Of a stretch of 64,000 nt of DNA, positions 28,172 to 36,951 are shown piece after piece. The stretch comes from a virus (Duplodnaviria; Caudoviricetes), in the IMG/VR virus record IMGVR_UViG_3300042887_001670, positions 127 through 64,126 of that record; one strand, 5' to 3'. A program made the translations under genes and the position numbers. The notes beneath the pieces were generated by a model. The model was not told the origin of the DNA and did no database searches. It was given only the letters and a program-made list of their open reading frames with translations. Each line of letters begins with the position of its first letter. The first letter of the stretch is position 1.

Positions 28172-28915
28172 TCAATTTCCACCAGACTTTACAAAGGCAT
28201 CTCGTTCGTCAAGCCAAACAGCATCCGCTTCAGGTGAAATGGTGTTGCCCATCCAAGGGCCACCTAGCGTATAGTGGGCAATCTTTGCCGTCTGGATATC
28301 GTATCCCGGCTCACCGATAAGCGCGTTCCACTCTTGTGGTAGCGCGCCGATGTGCTTGTCTGGGTCTTTAATCCAGTCAAACCGATGTAAATCCCGCCCA
28401 GGCACCGAATTGATATGTGCAAGGTTCAAGCAATCATTTGCAAAATGATTGCAGTTGAATGCCATGACTGAGGACCAATTCTTGAAACTGTAGCTAGTCT
28501 GGATTTGACCATCCATCTTTAGCAGAGTGGATGGATTATACTGGTGCTTGACGCACATCACTGCATACTTGCTTTCTAGCAAGTCAAACAGTTTTGCAAT
28601 ATCGTCTAAGAACAGGACATCGCAATCGACAAAGATGGCCCATCCTGCATAGCCATATTTTGCTCTATGCAGGATTGGAGTCAAAAACCGGCTGATCGCG
28701 AACTCTGTTGCCTGCGGGGCTTCTGAAATCACGTCCCACAGTTTGCCTTCTCGCGTTTCAGTCTGACGCCAAATCATCCCTTGATCGCGTAAGTCGTTAA
28801 TTTTGAGAGGGACAACGCTGATGGGCACAGAGGCCCGCCGCTTCAAACTGAACTCTGCTACTTTATACGCTTCGACTTCTCGGCTATCGAAGCCCATATA
28901 GATGGTCGGCACCAT
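28172..28915 (-). CDS. Glycosyltransferase (GT-A fold, GT8-like)
   Basis: IYMGFDSRE, TEFAISRFLTP, FVDCD (DxD), KNWSSVM, EWN, HYTLGGPW. Confidence 0.85.
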   Translation of the reverse strand: MVPTIYMGFDSREVEAYKVAEFSLKRRASVPISVVPLKINDLRDQGMIWRQTETREGKLWDVISEAPQATEFAISRFLTPILHRAKYGYAGWAIFVDCDVLFLDDIAKLFDLLESKYAVMCVKHQYNPSTLLKMDGQIQTSYSFKNWSSVMAFNCNHFANDCLNLAHINSVPGRDLHRFDWIKDPDKHIGALPQEWNALIGEPGYDIQTAKIAHYTLGGPWMGNTISPEADAVWLDERDAFVKSGGN

Positions 28916-29619
28916 CAATCCCACCCAAGAATAAAATCGTCAACGACGCGCTGCTTAACCGTGGCGCCCCAAGACAAAAGCAATTCGAGTGCCGCATACT
29001 GCTTCCACTCAAAAATATCCCACGGCTTTTGCTCGATACAAATAATAGGTTTGCACCGCCGGATCATGCCTTCAGCACCAAGAACGATGGGATATTCATA
29101 CCCCTCTACGTCCATCTTGATCGCGCTTACAAAAGGATGGTTCTCTGCATCGAGCGTAGTTAAAGGCACGGTGTAGTTGATGGACGACGCCTCTCGCTTT
29201 GCGGTATCTTCCGAGGCGACATGAGTGCCCGATGTAACTTCGGGGCGATACTCCATGACCACTTCGCCAATTGCATTGCCGAGAGCCACACGCCGTAGCT
29301 CGACATTGGGCGTAGGCTTCTCTGGATGCTCAATGGTATTGAGCATAAAGCACCGCTGGTTAATCTCGATAGGCTCGTAGGCCACAACGCGGTCAAAAGC
29401 ACGGGCGAAGTGCATAGACCACATACCGACATTGCCACCTACGTCCAGCACTAGGTTGCGTCGGTTCGAAGGCGTGTGGTTGAGCATGGCGACTAAGGTA
29501 TGAAGCTGGTAACTCCCCTCGCCTTTGCTATTCTGCTTAGCAGCGCCTTCAAGGAAAGGCAAAAGGTGTTCCTCTGTGGCGGGAAGCCAAATTCCCGCCA
29601 CCTTCTTGATATCTGTCAT
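28915..29619 (-). CDS. FkbM-family SAM-dependent methyltransferase
   Basis: LDVGGNVG, YEP, IKMDVEGYE. Confidence 0.88.
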   Translation of the reverse strand: MTDIKKVAGIWLPATEEHLLPFLEGAAKQNSKGEGSYQLHTLVAMLNHTPSNRRNLVLDVGGNVGMWSMHFARAFDRVVAYEPIEINQRCFMLNTIEHPEKPTPNVELRRVALGNAIGEVVMEYRPEVTSGTHVASEDTAKREASSINYTVPLTTLDAENHPFVSAIKMDVEGYEYPIVLGAEGMIRRCKPIICIEQKPWDIFEWKQYAALELLLSWGATVKQRVVDDFILGWD

Positions 29620-30404
29620 TAGGCTTGCACCACCACATCAGAGTTGTATGAAGCACCCGCCTGCTTGCGTGCGCCCTTCAAATGATCCACATATCCCCGC
29701 CAATCAGAATTGACGATGGGATGGCTTGTGTTGAACGAGAGGTCATCCCCAAGATTGACAGCCCGCACCATGCCGTCCTTCACTCCGCCTGCCACGAGCG
29801 TATCGAACACATGGCAGTCTGTCCAAGCAGGCAAGCGGAAAACTTGGTCCTCGACGTAGACCTGCCAGAAGATGCGCAGCATCGCCACAACATTGGCGTT
29901 GTTGACGCGGAACATAAGAATGCCCGCTTCTGTGTGGTTATTGTTGCGCGGGAAGTGCCCGATATGCGCCCAAGTCGGGAACTTATCAACCAAAAACGCG
30001 TCCGTAAGAGGCTTCTTGAATACCGTGTCGCCATCAAACCAAACCAGAACTTCTGGCTGATCCCCTAAATCTAGCGCGCTGAAGATGCGGATAGTTGCTG
30101 CAATTGCAGCGGGCTTATGGGAAAACTTCACCGCGTCAAAACGGTAGTCGTAGGTGCGCCCAAAACGCCCATGGACTACGGGAGAGTTGTGCCGCGCCTT
30201 GAACTCAGTGAGGCTGGCCGCTTCTTCGTCCAGAGCGAAGAACTTCACAAGCGGCGTATCAACCGTATCATGAAGCAGAGCGGTGTCACTGAACACCCAA
30301 AGCTCAGAATCGGTCAGTGGGTTGGCGAGGTATGACTCAATCATATTTCGCCCGTATGCCTCGTAGCCTTCCTGGCTAAAAGACGTAATCGCTAGATACT
30401 TCAT
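29619..30404 (-). CDS. Putative nucleotide-sugar transferase (GT-A)
   Basis: ITSFS..GY..YG, DAVKFSHK, WFDGD (DxD), EAG, WTDCHVFD, HLKG.RK. Confidence 0.7.
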   Translation of the reverse strand: MKYLAITSFSQEGYEAYGRNMIESYLANPLTDSELWVFSDTALLHDTVDTPLVKFFALDEEAASLTEFKARHNSPVVHGRFGRTYDYRFDAVKFSHKPAAIAATIRIFSALDLGDQPEVLVWFDGDTVFKKPLTDAFLVDKFPTWAHIGHFPRNNNHTEAGILMFRVNNANVVAMLRIFWQVYVEDQVFRLPAWTDCHVFDTLVAGGVKDGMVRAVNLGDDLSFNTSHPIVNSDWRGYVDHLKGARKQAGASYNSDVVVQA

Positions 30405-30419
30405 AGTGCGCCTCTGATT

Positions 30420-30620
30420 TTAGATCGGTTCGTCGGACTGCGGTGCGGGGACGGGATAGACTTCAGGCTCTGGCTCAGGCTTGGGCTTCGCCTTTGACTT
30501 TGGCATTGCCTTGACGCTGGACCGCACATGCCCCACAAGGTCGCGCAAAGCCATATGCCGGGCTGCTTCTTCGCACAGCGTATTTAACGCCGTAGCGCCA
30601 ACAATTACTCGATTGCTCAT
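30420..30620 (-). CDS. Hypothetical protein
   Basis: ATGA-coupled ORF in operon. Confidence 0.5.
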   Translation of the reverse strand: MSNRVIVGATALNTLCEEAARHMALRDLVGHVRSSVKAMPKSKAKPKPEPEPEVYPVPAPQSDEPI

Positions 30621-31051
30621 AGAACCCCATCACTGATTGACTTCGGCTTTCGACCGGGCTTGCTTTTGACCTTTACCGTTTGGCTGCCGCCAATGACAGG
30701 CACTTCCCGCGTTTCAATTTCGGCTTCCTCCGATGCCTCTACGGGATCAGAGATAGCGGTTGTGAACTCGCTCTCTTTGGGGTCGTAGGTCGTAACCGCA
30801 AAACCCGAACGTGCCTCAAAGGCACGCTGCGGGTCCGCGTATGCCGGAGACGAAGGGTTGTGCTTGCGAGCTTCTTCGATACGCTCTTGCTGCCGTTCGA
30901 GCGCCACCATAGCGTCTGGGGCTGAGCCTCCTCGCATGGAGACAAGTTGCCATCCTGACCAAGCACTGAGGTTATCAGCATACTTGGTCTGATTGACAAT
31001 CTTTGTTCGACCTGTCGCCTTATGGCGTAACTTCACTGTCGGCAGTTGCAT
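30617..31051 (-). CDS. Hypothetical protein
   Basis: GAGGG RBS; in operon. Confidence 0.6.
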   Translation of the reverse strand: MQLPTVKLRHKATGRTKIVNQTKYADNLSAWSGWQLVSMRGGSAPDAMVALERQQERIEEARKHNPSSPAYADPQRAFEARSGFAVTTYDPKESEFTTAISDPVEASEEAEIETREVPVIGGSQTVKVKSKPGRKPKSISDGVL

Positions 31052-31059
31052 GTCACCCT

Positions 31060-31278
31060 CTATCCATAAATCTTCTTGTCAATAGGCTTGGGAATCCAAA
31101 CCTGCATCACAACCCGATTGGGTTCGTGGCGGTGCATCATGTAGATGCGATTGGCTACAGCCATATCATATGCTTGTCCAACCGTCATAGGGGACATGGG
31201 GTATGTTTTCCAGAGAAGCGGGCGCACTTCACGGCTTCGCTCACCGATGTCGATCCAAGTGTTTAAGGCTAGGGTCAT
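31060..31278 (-). CDS. Hypothetical protein
   Basis: ATGA-coupled to upstream ORF (MTLALNTW...). Confidence 0.5.
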   Translation of the reverse strand: MTLALNTWIDIGERSREVRPLLWKTYPMSPMTVGQAYDMAVANRIYMMHRHEPNRVVMQVWIPKPIDKKIYG

Positions 31279-31586
31279 GTTCCGTATTCTCCGATAACAG
31301 ATGCGCTTGTAGACTGCTTGAGCCGGCACTTATCGCAGATTCGATTGTGCGCCCCATCACTATCAAAGACTTGAGAACACGACAAGCAGTTCTTTGGGGT
31401 TTTTGGTTTTATCTCCAAAGAAAAAGCGTCCATCTCCCATTTTATTTGGACGTGCGTCACGTCCCTGCCAAGCGCCTGAGCGATTTCAGGGATCGTGAAA
31501 CCCGCACGTTTCCAGTCACGCGCTTGGCGTAAATCTCGCTCCGTCCAATATCCTATATCGGGAGGAGGTTTATTATGCCGCGCCAT
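31275..31586 (-). CDS. GcrA-like HTH plus zinc-ribbon regulator
   Basis: WTERD....W..G.TIPEIAQALGR and CLSC..FDSDG.HNRICDKC. Confidence 0.55.
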   Translation of the reverse strand: MARHNKPPPDIGYWTERDLRQARDWKRAGFTIPEIAQALGRDVTHVQIKWEMDAFSLEIKPKTPKNCLSCSQVFDSDGAHNRICDKCRLKQSTSASVIGEYGT

Positions 31587-31612
31587 TACTCACTTGGCAC
31601 AGCATACCGCTG

Positions 31613-32428
31613 TCAATCCGCGTCATAGGCACCATAATAGGGTAAAGGTCGCACAAAAAGCATAGCGTCGCTTCTATGCTCGCTTTGCTTTTTCATGTCA
31701 ATATCAAAATCACTTTCACTGTCAAATGCTTCCACCCATGCTTGGCACAGACGGCTACGAACAATGTCCTTGCTATTAAATCGGCAAACCTCCGCGCCAA
31801 TCTGATGGCGCTTTGCCAAATCAACTACGTAGGTTAGGCCAGAGTCGCGGATATCGCTCTGCTGTGGGTCGCCCGAGACGATAACCTTACAATCGCCAAG
31901 GCGCGTGACAAAAAGACGCAACTGTTCCTTGGTGCAGTTCTGCGCTTCGTCAAGCAGAACGATAGCGCCGCCGTCGAAAGTGCGGCCCCGCATGAACTGG
32001 AAAGGGGCGAACTCAATGGTCCCCTTACGGAGCCATTCTTGTGCGCGCACTTTGCCGACTAGCTTTTCAATCACATCTATAATGGGGATTGCCCATGGCG
32101 TAAACTTCATATTGAGGTCGCCAGGGAGGAAGCCAATATTCTCGCTGCGGTCAGAAGAAATCATGGGTCGAGCGACGATAAACTTCCTGCATCGCTCTGC
32201 CAGTATCTCTTGCACGGCATAATGCGTAGCGAGGTATGTCTTGCCTGCGCCTGCGGGGCCTAGTGCAAATACTTGCTGGTATTTCTGAATTGCTGAGAGA
32301 TACTTAGATTGTGCCGGGTTTTTTGGAGAAAGAGGAGCAAGACTAAACTCAGGCGTTTGGGCTTTTGGGGTTTTTGTGGCTTTGCGGGTCTGGCGCTTCT
32401 GAGATTTGGTCAGACGGATTGCGGCCAC
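31613..32428 (-). CDS. phoH: PhoH-family ATPase
   Basis: GPAGAGKTYLA, IGFLPGD, FMRGRTF, LDEAQN, GDPQQSD. Confidence 0.95.
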   Translation of the reverse strand: MAAIRLTKSQKRQTRKATKTPKAQTPEFSLAPLSPKNPAQSKYLSAIQKYQQVFALGPAGAGKTYLATHYAVQEILAERCRKFIVARPMISSDRSENIGFLPGDLNMKFTPWAIPIIDVIEKLVGKVRAQEWLRKGTIEFAPFQFMRGRTFDGGAIVLLDEAQNCTKEQLRLFVTRLGDCKVIVSGDPQQSDIRDSGLTYVVDLAKRHQIGAEVCRFNSKDIVRSRLCQAWVEAFDSESDFDIDMKKQSEHRSDAMLFVRPLPYYGAYDAD

Positions 32429-32531
32429 TGAAGTCTCCTATGCAAGTTTAGCCACTAAAAAGTAGAAAGGTCGGCGGCACTAAGCAATGCCTTGACTTAT
32501 CTTTCTCGGTTAAACGAGTATCCTCGGCCTT

Positions 32532-32569
32532 AAAAAAAATGCCGCCACTTTTTTGTGGCGGCATATTTT
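32532..32569 (-). terminator. Intrinsic terminator
   Basis: AAAAAAAATGCCGCCAC-ttttt-GTGGCGGCATATTTT. Confidence 0.8.
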
Positions 32570-32821
32570 TCAGTACATCCCGAGCGCCTTTAGATAGGCG
32601 TCCCGAATTGCCTCGCGCTCCTCTCGGTCATCCCTATCTTCCGCGCGCATCTTGATAACTTCACGGATAACCTTGGGGTCAAAACCCGCCCCCTTAGCCT
32701 CCGCCATGATATCCTTGATAGCGCTTTGGATATCCTTCTTTTCTTCATTAAGGCGTTCGACACGCTCAATGATGGAGAGAAGTCGGTCGGAGGCGATAGA
32801 GTTGTGGCCTGCTTCAGACAT
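32570..32821 (-). CDS. GapR/DUF2312 nucleoid-associated protein homolog
   Basis: DRLLSIIERVERLNEEKK.I...IKDIMAEAKGAGFDPKVIR...YLKALGM. Confidence 0.88.
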   Translation of the reverse strand: MSEAGHNSIASDRLLSIIERVERLNEEKKDIQSAIKDIMAEAKGAGFDPKVIREVIKMRAEDRDDREEREAIRDAYLKALGMY

Positions 32822-32826
32822 AGTTC

Positions 32827-33243
32827 TTAGTCCTCGTGGTTGATGGTTGTTGCGTTGTTCGCCAACATGGCGATACGATTCTCAATAAACGCAAAAATCT
32901 TTGGCGCTCGTGTCGGCAATTCAGCTAGTCCTGTGCCAAGACCGTCCGTAGGCACTACTACCGTCTTCCCTATCATCATAAACGAGTATGCGATAGTGAG
33001 TGGAAAACGGATGGCATCCTCGACAAACTCGAAATCTTCATCCTTAAAATAAGACGCTTTTTGCGTATCTGGTGCCCACTTAGTAGGCACTCCAAAACTA
33101 TTCGGGTGGCCCCGCGTGGTGCTTGCTTGCCCACCATAACCTTGGCGCCGCATATTATCGCCAAAAAGAAAAATTGTATTTGGAAATTTTTCAAGCACAT
33201 CTTGCTTAGAGATGTGTTTCTTGTAGATAAGCGTTCCAGTCAT
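32827..33243 (-). CDS. Conserved phage protein
   Basis: FLFGDN..R.G.GGQA..RG.PNSFGVPTK, DGLGTGLA. Confidence 0.6.
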   Translation of the reverse strand: MTGTLIYKKHISKQDVLEKFPNTIFLFGDNMRRQGYGGQASTTRGHPNSFGVPTKWAPDTQKASYFKDEDFEFVEDAIRFPLTIAYSFMMIGKTVVVPTDGLGTGLAELPTRAPKIFAFIENRIAMLANNATTINHED

Positions 33244-35702
33244 TTTCTATACCTTTTACCAGACCAGCCTTCGGCTTTGACGGGCAGCCCTGCCGCCCAA
33301 TCCGGCGTAGCGGCTACCAACGCTTCATACTCTGCCACGTTTCCGTAGCCCTCGTCAACCTCAGAAACCACTTCGTCATGAACTGTCAACAACACAGGGT
33401 AGTTGTGTTCCTCAAGTCGGAACATCGAGGATATCATGAGGTCGCGGGAGACAGCCTGCACCACGTTCTCGGTAAAGGTGCCAGGGCTTATAGTGGTGCG
33501 TTCCCATTTACGGGTAAGAGCGTTAACCGCGCTAATCTCTACGCCATTCTTCATCTCGCCCCAAGGTGTTTTTACCTTGCAGACGCGGGCTTCTGGGTAG
33601 TTGAGCGCACGGCCTGATGGTAAAAGCAGGCGCAGATTGCCATCGCGCATCCTGAACTTCATGTTCCGCAGTGTGACCACGCTGTTTGGGTTGCTGATTG
33701 CGCGCATCGCGGCGCGTTCCAAGGCATACCAAAGGCGTGGAATCTTAGAATAGGTTTCGCGATACAGAGTAACGACGCGCTTGTATTCTTCCTCTGGCAA
33801 AAAAATCTGGTCCTTGGCGCAAGTCAAAGCGAACTTAGGGGCACCCATGGCGTAGCCCAGACCCAATATACAATTATGAACAATTAAGGGTCCGCGATCC
33901 GTGTGTATCATGAACCTGTTGCGCGGCCCCGCATTTACAAGATCGTAGACGGGCTTCAAGGTCTTGGATTCTACGTTGCAGTTCCCCGACACTCCGCCTA
34001 TTGTTGACGTTATCTTTACGGGAGACAAACCGCAAATTTCCGGGGAGATAGCCGAGATTGTTGTCAGCCCTATCAAGCTCAAACTCAGGGACATCCCAGT
34101 TTTCAAGACTGAGCAGATACTTGAGGAATTCCCTTCGGTCTTTGATCCAAGGCTCGTAGACACGCAAACCCCGTCCACCATAGTGCGCGTATCCTGAATC
34201 ATTGGGATTGCAGCACCTGTTGATGATCGCAGATATCCGGTTAAGCAGCCGCGTCCTATGGTCATCATCGGGGCAAATATCCGCATAACCCCAAAAATTC
34301 TTTCGCGTAGTTCCGCTTTTAGTGTTGGCGCACAGCGCGCATCGCGTGCTGGTGAAATTTCTATACGAGTTATTTGGCACGGAGTATTCTCCGGGGCTGC
34401 AATCGCACTGGACAATAAGGCCCGCGGTCCCTCCCCTGACTCCAATAAAATATCCGGTGACGGTAAGTTTCCCGCTGCGGTGGCCAATGCTAGGGATAGG
34501 GAATCTCTGTCTTGCGCCAGAAACCCGGCGTCCAACCAACTCGTCCCGCACAACACTCGATGATCCGGAGTCAACCAAATCCCGCACAAAGGCAACACGC
34601 TTTGCGTGCAATTCGACAAGACTCCCAGATGCTCTACCCATTCTTCACCGTCCCAAACTTTCATATCAAAAGTGATTTGTTCTATCGGGACAAGCCCGTG
34701 GTCCGTATATACCAGAGTCCCTTCGGCAATGCACGCCTTTCCTAGTTGCCTCTCTTTAGGGTTGTCCTTTTTATTAAGAGGTTTTTTATAAACCACGCTC
34801 GCAAAGTTACAGTAAATATCATCGCCATTCGCAAATTGGTCAACAAGGTCTTGCTGCCCCGCCAACCACGCCAGAACACGGGCCTCGATAGCTGCGAAGT
34901 CTGCTGCGTAAAGCACCTTCCCTTTTGCGGCCATGACAAGGCTGCGGATTACGTCAGCAGCTACGGTCTGCACCGGGCCAAAGCACATCTCAATAAGGTC
35001 GATATCCCCTTTCTTAATATAGGGGATAGCCTCTTCAGGTTCTTTGAGAATTTCAGGGCGGGGCAAGTTCTGCAACTGAACCCCTTTGCCCGAGAAGCGT
35101 CCTGTGGACGCCCCGTGATAGAGCAAGTTGCCGTGGATGCGGCCTTCGCTATCAGCCATGTTGAGGATGGCTTGTAGCTTTTTTGTGGAGGACTTGGCGC
35201 CGATCTGGCGTATCTCTAGGACTTCGCGCACCTGTGGCGGCAGCGACGTATCTTTGAGCGCGTTAACGATGCCTTGCTTATCAAGACTCGTGAAGTGGCT
35301 GCCTTGCATGGCGAACCACTGGATCATCTTGTCGCGTTGGTTGATCGTCGTGACAAGACCATTCGTGATCTTGGCAAGACGTTCGTTCAGCCTGCCCCCC
35401 GCCTTCTCTACCAACTCTAGGGCCATGCGCGTGGTTTCAAGGTCTACGCTTATGCCCCTGTCATTGATGATTTGGTCAAGCAGATAGACTTGCCGCTCCG
35501 ATGGTGAAAGGGGGTAAAGCCTTGTCTCAGCTAGGCGTTCAGCCTCCACGTCTGTGCGGCAATATTGATATAGTTTCTCAAGGCGCGCGAGGTATTCGAT
35601 ACGCTGCTTTTCACGCGTTGCCTCTGTCTTGCCAGTGATCTCAAAATCGTCCCACCAACGGACGTGGGCGAAGTCGTCGTCGTCTTCGTCTATGTCACTC
35701 AT
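33240..35702 (-). CDS. DNA polymerase family A, C-terminal part (ExoIII + polymerase), intein-containing
   Basis: YCRTDV, HGASTGRFSG...QNLPR, DFAAIEARV (motif A), RQLGKA|CILGLGY (motif B), TVHDE (motif C). Confidence 0.93.
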   Translation of the reverse strand: MSDIDEDDDDFAHVRWWDDFEITGKTEATREKQRIEYLARLEKLYQYCRTDVEAERLAETRLYPLSPSERQVYLLDQIINDRGISVDLETTRMALELVEKAGGRLNERLAKITNGLVTTINQRDKMIQWFAMQGSHFTSLDKQGIVNALKDTSLPPQVREVLEIRQIGAKSSTKKLQAILNMADSEGRIHGNLLYHGASTGRFSGKGVQLQNLPRPEILKEPEEAIPYIKKGDIDLIEMCFGPVQTVAADVIRSLVMAAKGKVLYAADFAAIEARVLAWLAGQQDLVDQFANGDDIYCNFASVVYKKPLNKKDNPKERQLGKACIAEGTLVYTDHGLVPIEQITFDMKVWDGEEWVEHLGVLSNCTQSVLPLCGIWLTPDHRVLCGTSWLDAGFLAQDRDSLSLALATAAGNLPSPDILLESGEGPRALLSSAIAAPENTPCQITRIEISPARDARCAPTLKAELRERIFGVMRIFAPMMTIGRGCLTGYLRSSTGAAIPMIQDTRTMVDGVCVSTSLGSKTEGNSSSICSVLKTGMSLSLSLIGLTTISAISPEICGLSPVKITSTIGGVSGNCNVESKTLKPVYDLVNAGPRNRFMIHTDRGPLIVHNCILGLGYAMGAPKFALTCAKDQIFLPEEEYKRVVTLYRETYSKIPRLWYALERAAMRAISNPNSVVTLRNMKFRMRDGNLRLLLPSGRALNYPEARVCKVKTPWGEMKNGVEISAVNALTRKWERTTISPGTFTENVVQAVSRDLMISSMFRLEEHNYPVLLTVHDEVVSEVDEGYGNVAEYEALVAATPDWAAGLPVKAEGWSGKRYRK
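33873..34733 (-). mobile_element. Intein (287 aa) in PolA motif B
   Basis: Starts CIAEGTLV, block B LTPDHRV, ends VYDL..AGPRNRF....LIVHN followed by Cys; removal restores KA-CILGLGYAMG. Confidence 0.92.
33874..34641 (-). CDS. HNH homing endonuclease encoded in an alternative frame inside the intein
   Basis: GKLTV..QCDC, RC.NPN...Y.HYGGRGL.V...W, ELDRADNNLGYLPGNLRFV....N.NNRR. Confidence 0.88.
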   Translation of the reverse strand: MGRASGSLVELHAKRVAFVRDLVDSGSSSVVRDELVGRRVSGARQRFPIPSIGHRSGKLTVTGYFIGVRGGTAGLIVQCDCSPGEYSVPNNSYRNFTSTRCALCANTKSGTTRKNFWGYADICPDDDHRTRLLNRISAIINRCCNPNDSGYAHYGGRGLRVYEPWIKDRREFLKYLLSLENWDVPEFELDRADNNLGYLPGNLRFVSRKDNVNNRRSVGELQRRIQDLEARLRSCKCGAAQQVHDTHGSRTLNCS

Positions 35703-35711
35703 GCTCGTGCC

Positions 35712-36464
35712 TTAATACAGCGAAAAAGGCCCTGCTTCAAACGCTTTCTCAATCCGATCTTTTGCGATGGCAAAATATTTGTCGTCAAGTTCGATACCGA
35801 TGAACTTGCGGCCAAGGTTCATCGCCGCGACGCCGGTTGTGCCGCTGCCCATGGTGAAGTCGAGAACGGTTTCGTTGGGGTTGGTGTAGGTCTTGATAAG
35901 GTATTCCATGAGAGCGACGGGTTTTTGGGTGGGGTGCCCACAATTTTTGTCCATCCCAAAAGTCAGAATTGTTTTAGGGTATGAGTGGGTCCGTATGACT
36001 TGTAATTTCTGCTTAGTAGTTGCCCCTCCCATTAACTCTGTCCTGCTCGACTCTACGCTGGAACCTTTTTGTGGTTTAGATTTCAACGTCATCTGAGGGT
36101 CATATGTAGGCGCGTTGCTATAAAATACACTTATACTCTCATTTTGCGCCATTGGTCTTTTTTTTGCTACAAGATGCCCCCGGGCAGTTACTTTATCCCA
36201 CACCCAATCATACTTATACATTTTTATGTTACTGACACGCATGTGGGAAGAAAAAGGTTCCCCACCAAATAATACGACAGCACCGTTCTTCTTCGTGATG
36301 CGCTTCAACTGTGCCCACATCGGTTCAAACGGGATAACAGAATCCCATGAACACGCGGTCGTGCCATAAGGCGGGTCGGTCAAAACCATATCCACCGAAC
36401 CATCCGGGATTTCCTTCATACGCTCAAGGCAGTCGCCCTTGAGCAGCGTCAGCACGTCCTTCAT
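35712..36464 (-). CDS. DNA adenine/N4-cytosine methyltransferase (beta class), between the two pol halves
   Basis: GDCLE, TDPPY, HPTQKPVAL, LDFTMGSGTTG, FIGIE; ATGA overlap with pol N-fragment stop. Confidence 0.93.
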   Translation of the reverse strand: MKDVLTLLKGDCLERMKEIPDGSVDMVLTDPPYGTTACSWDSVIPFEPMWAQLKRITKKNGAVVLFGGEPFSSHMRVSNIKMYKYDWVWDKVTARGHLVAKKRPMAQNESISVFYSNAPTYDPQMTLKSKPQKGSSVESSRTELMGGATTKQKLQVIRTHSYPKTILTFGMDKNCGHPTQKPVALMEYLIKTYTNPNETVLDFTMGSGTTGVAAMNLGRKFIGIELDDKYFAIAKDRIEKAFEAGPFSLY

Positions 36465-36910
36465 ACTTTCTTCCCTTTCCTCGGCTTCGTCATTTTCAAC
36501 ATATGCCTGCTGCCTTCCATGTCCTTTTGGATCGGCAGGCTTAGTGCCTCGCCAAGCCCTTCCAATGACCGTGGAAGGGCCATGGCTGCCGCCATGGCGG
36601 CTGTGCAGAACCATTGCTCCAACGCCACAGGGGCGCAGCCATAGTGCGCTACGGCGATGTTCTTAGTAATCAGCCGTTCGAACTGCGCATTGTGCGCAAA
36701 AATCGGAAAACCCTGCCTGATATGCTTGTTCAAATCCATGGGCCACGGAAGATCAGGCGTCCATATCTGGACAGGTTCTGCGTTACGGCTATACCCCATG
36801 CACAGGATATCGGTGCTGGGGTGTTCAGCGTAGCGGTAGATGCCCACCAATTTGAGATTGGCGGTGGATTTAGTTTCGTAGTCAATGTGGTAAATGGGTG
36901 TATCTTGCAT
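36461..36910 (-). CDS. DNA polymerase A N-terminal fragment (ExoI/ExoII)
   Basis: IDYET, YAEHPST, AHNAQFER, LPRSLE...KDMEG..MLKMTKPR. Confidence 0.88.
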   Translation of the reverse strand: MQDTPIYHIDYETKSTANLKLVGIYRYAEHPSTDILCMGYSRNAEPVQIWTPDLPWPMDLNKHIRQGFPIFAHNAQFERLITKNIAVAHYGCAPVALEQWFCTAAMAAAMALPRSLEGLGEALSLPIQKDMEGSRHMLKMTKPRKGKKV

Positions 36911-36913
36911 TGG

Positions 36914-36944
36914 AAAAAAGAAGGGGCATTTCTGCCCCTTCTTC
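36914..36944 (-). terminator. Intrinsic terminator after SSB
   Basis: AGAAGGGGCA-loop-TGCCCCTTCT with U-tract on minus strand. Confidence 0.75.
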
Positions 36945-36951
36945 TCCTGCC

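Noticed and set aside
35703-36464. Group I/II intron carrying the MTase
   Set aside because: No non-coding flanks to form a ribozyme core (overlap on one side, 9 nt on the other).
36465-36614. 50-aa N-terminal extension of the MTase
   Set aside because: Overlaps the pol N-fragment coding frame; the MTase fold begins at the ATGA-coupled ATG 36464.
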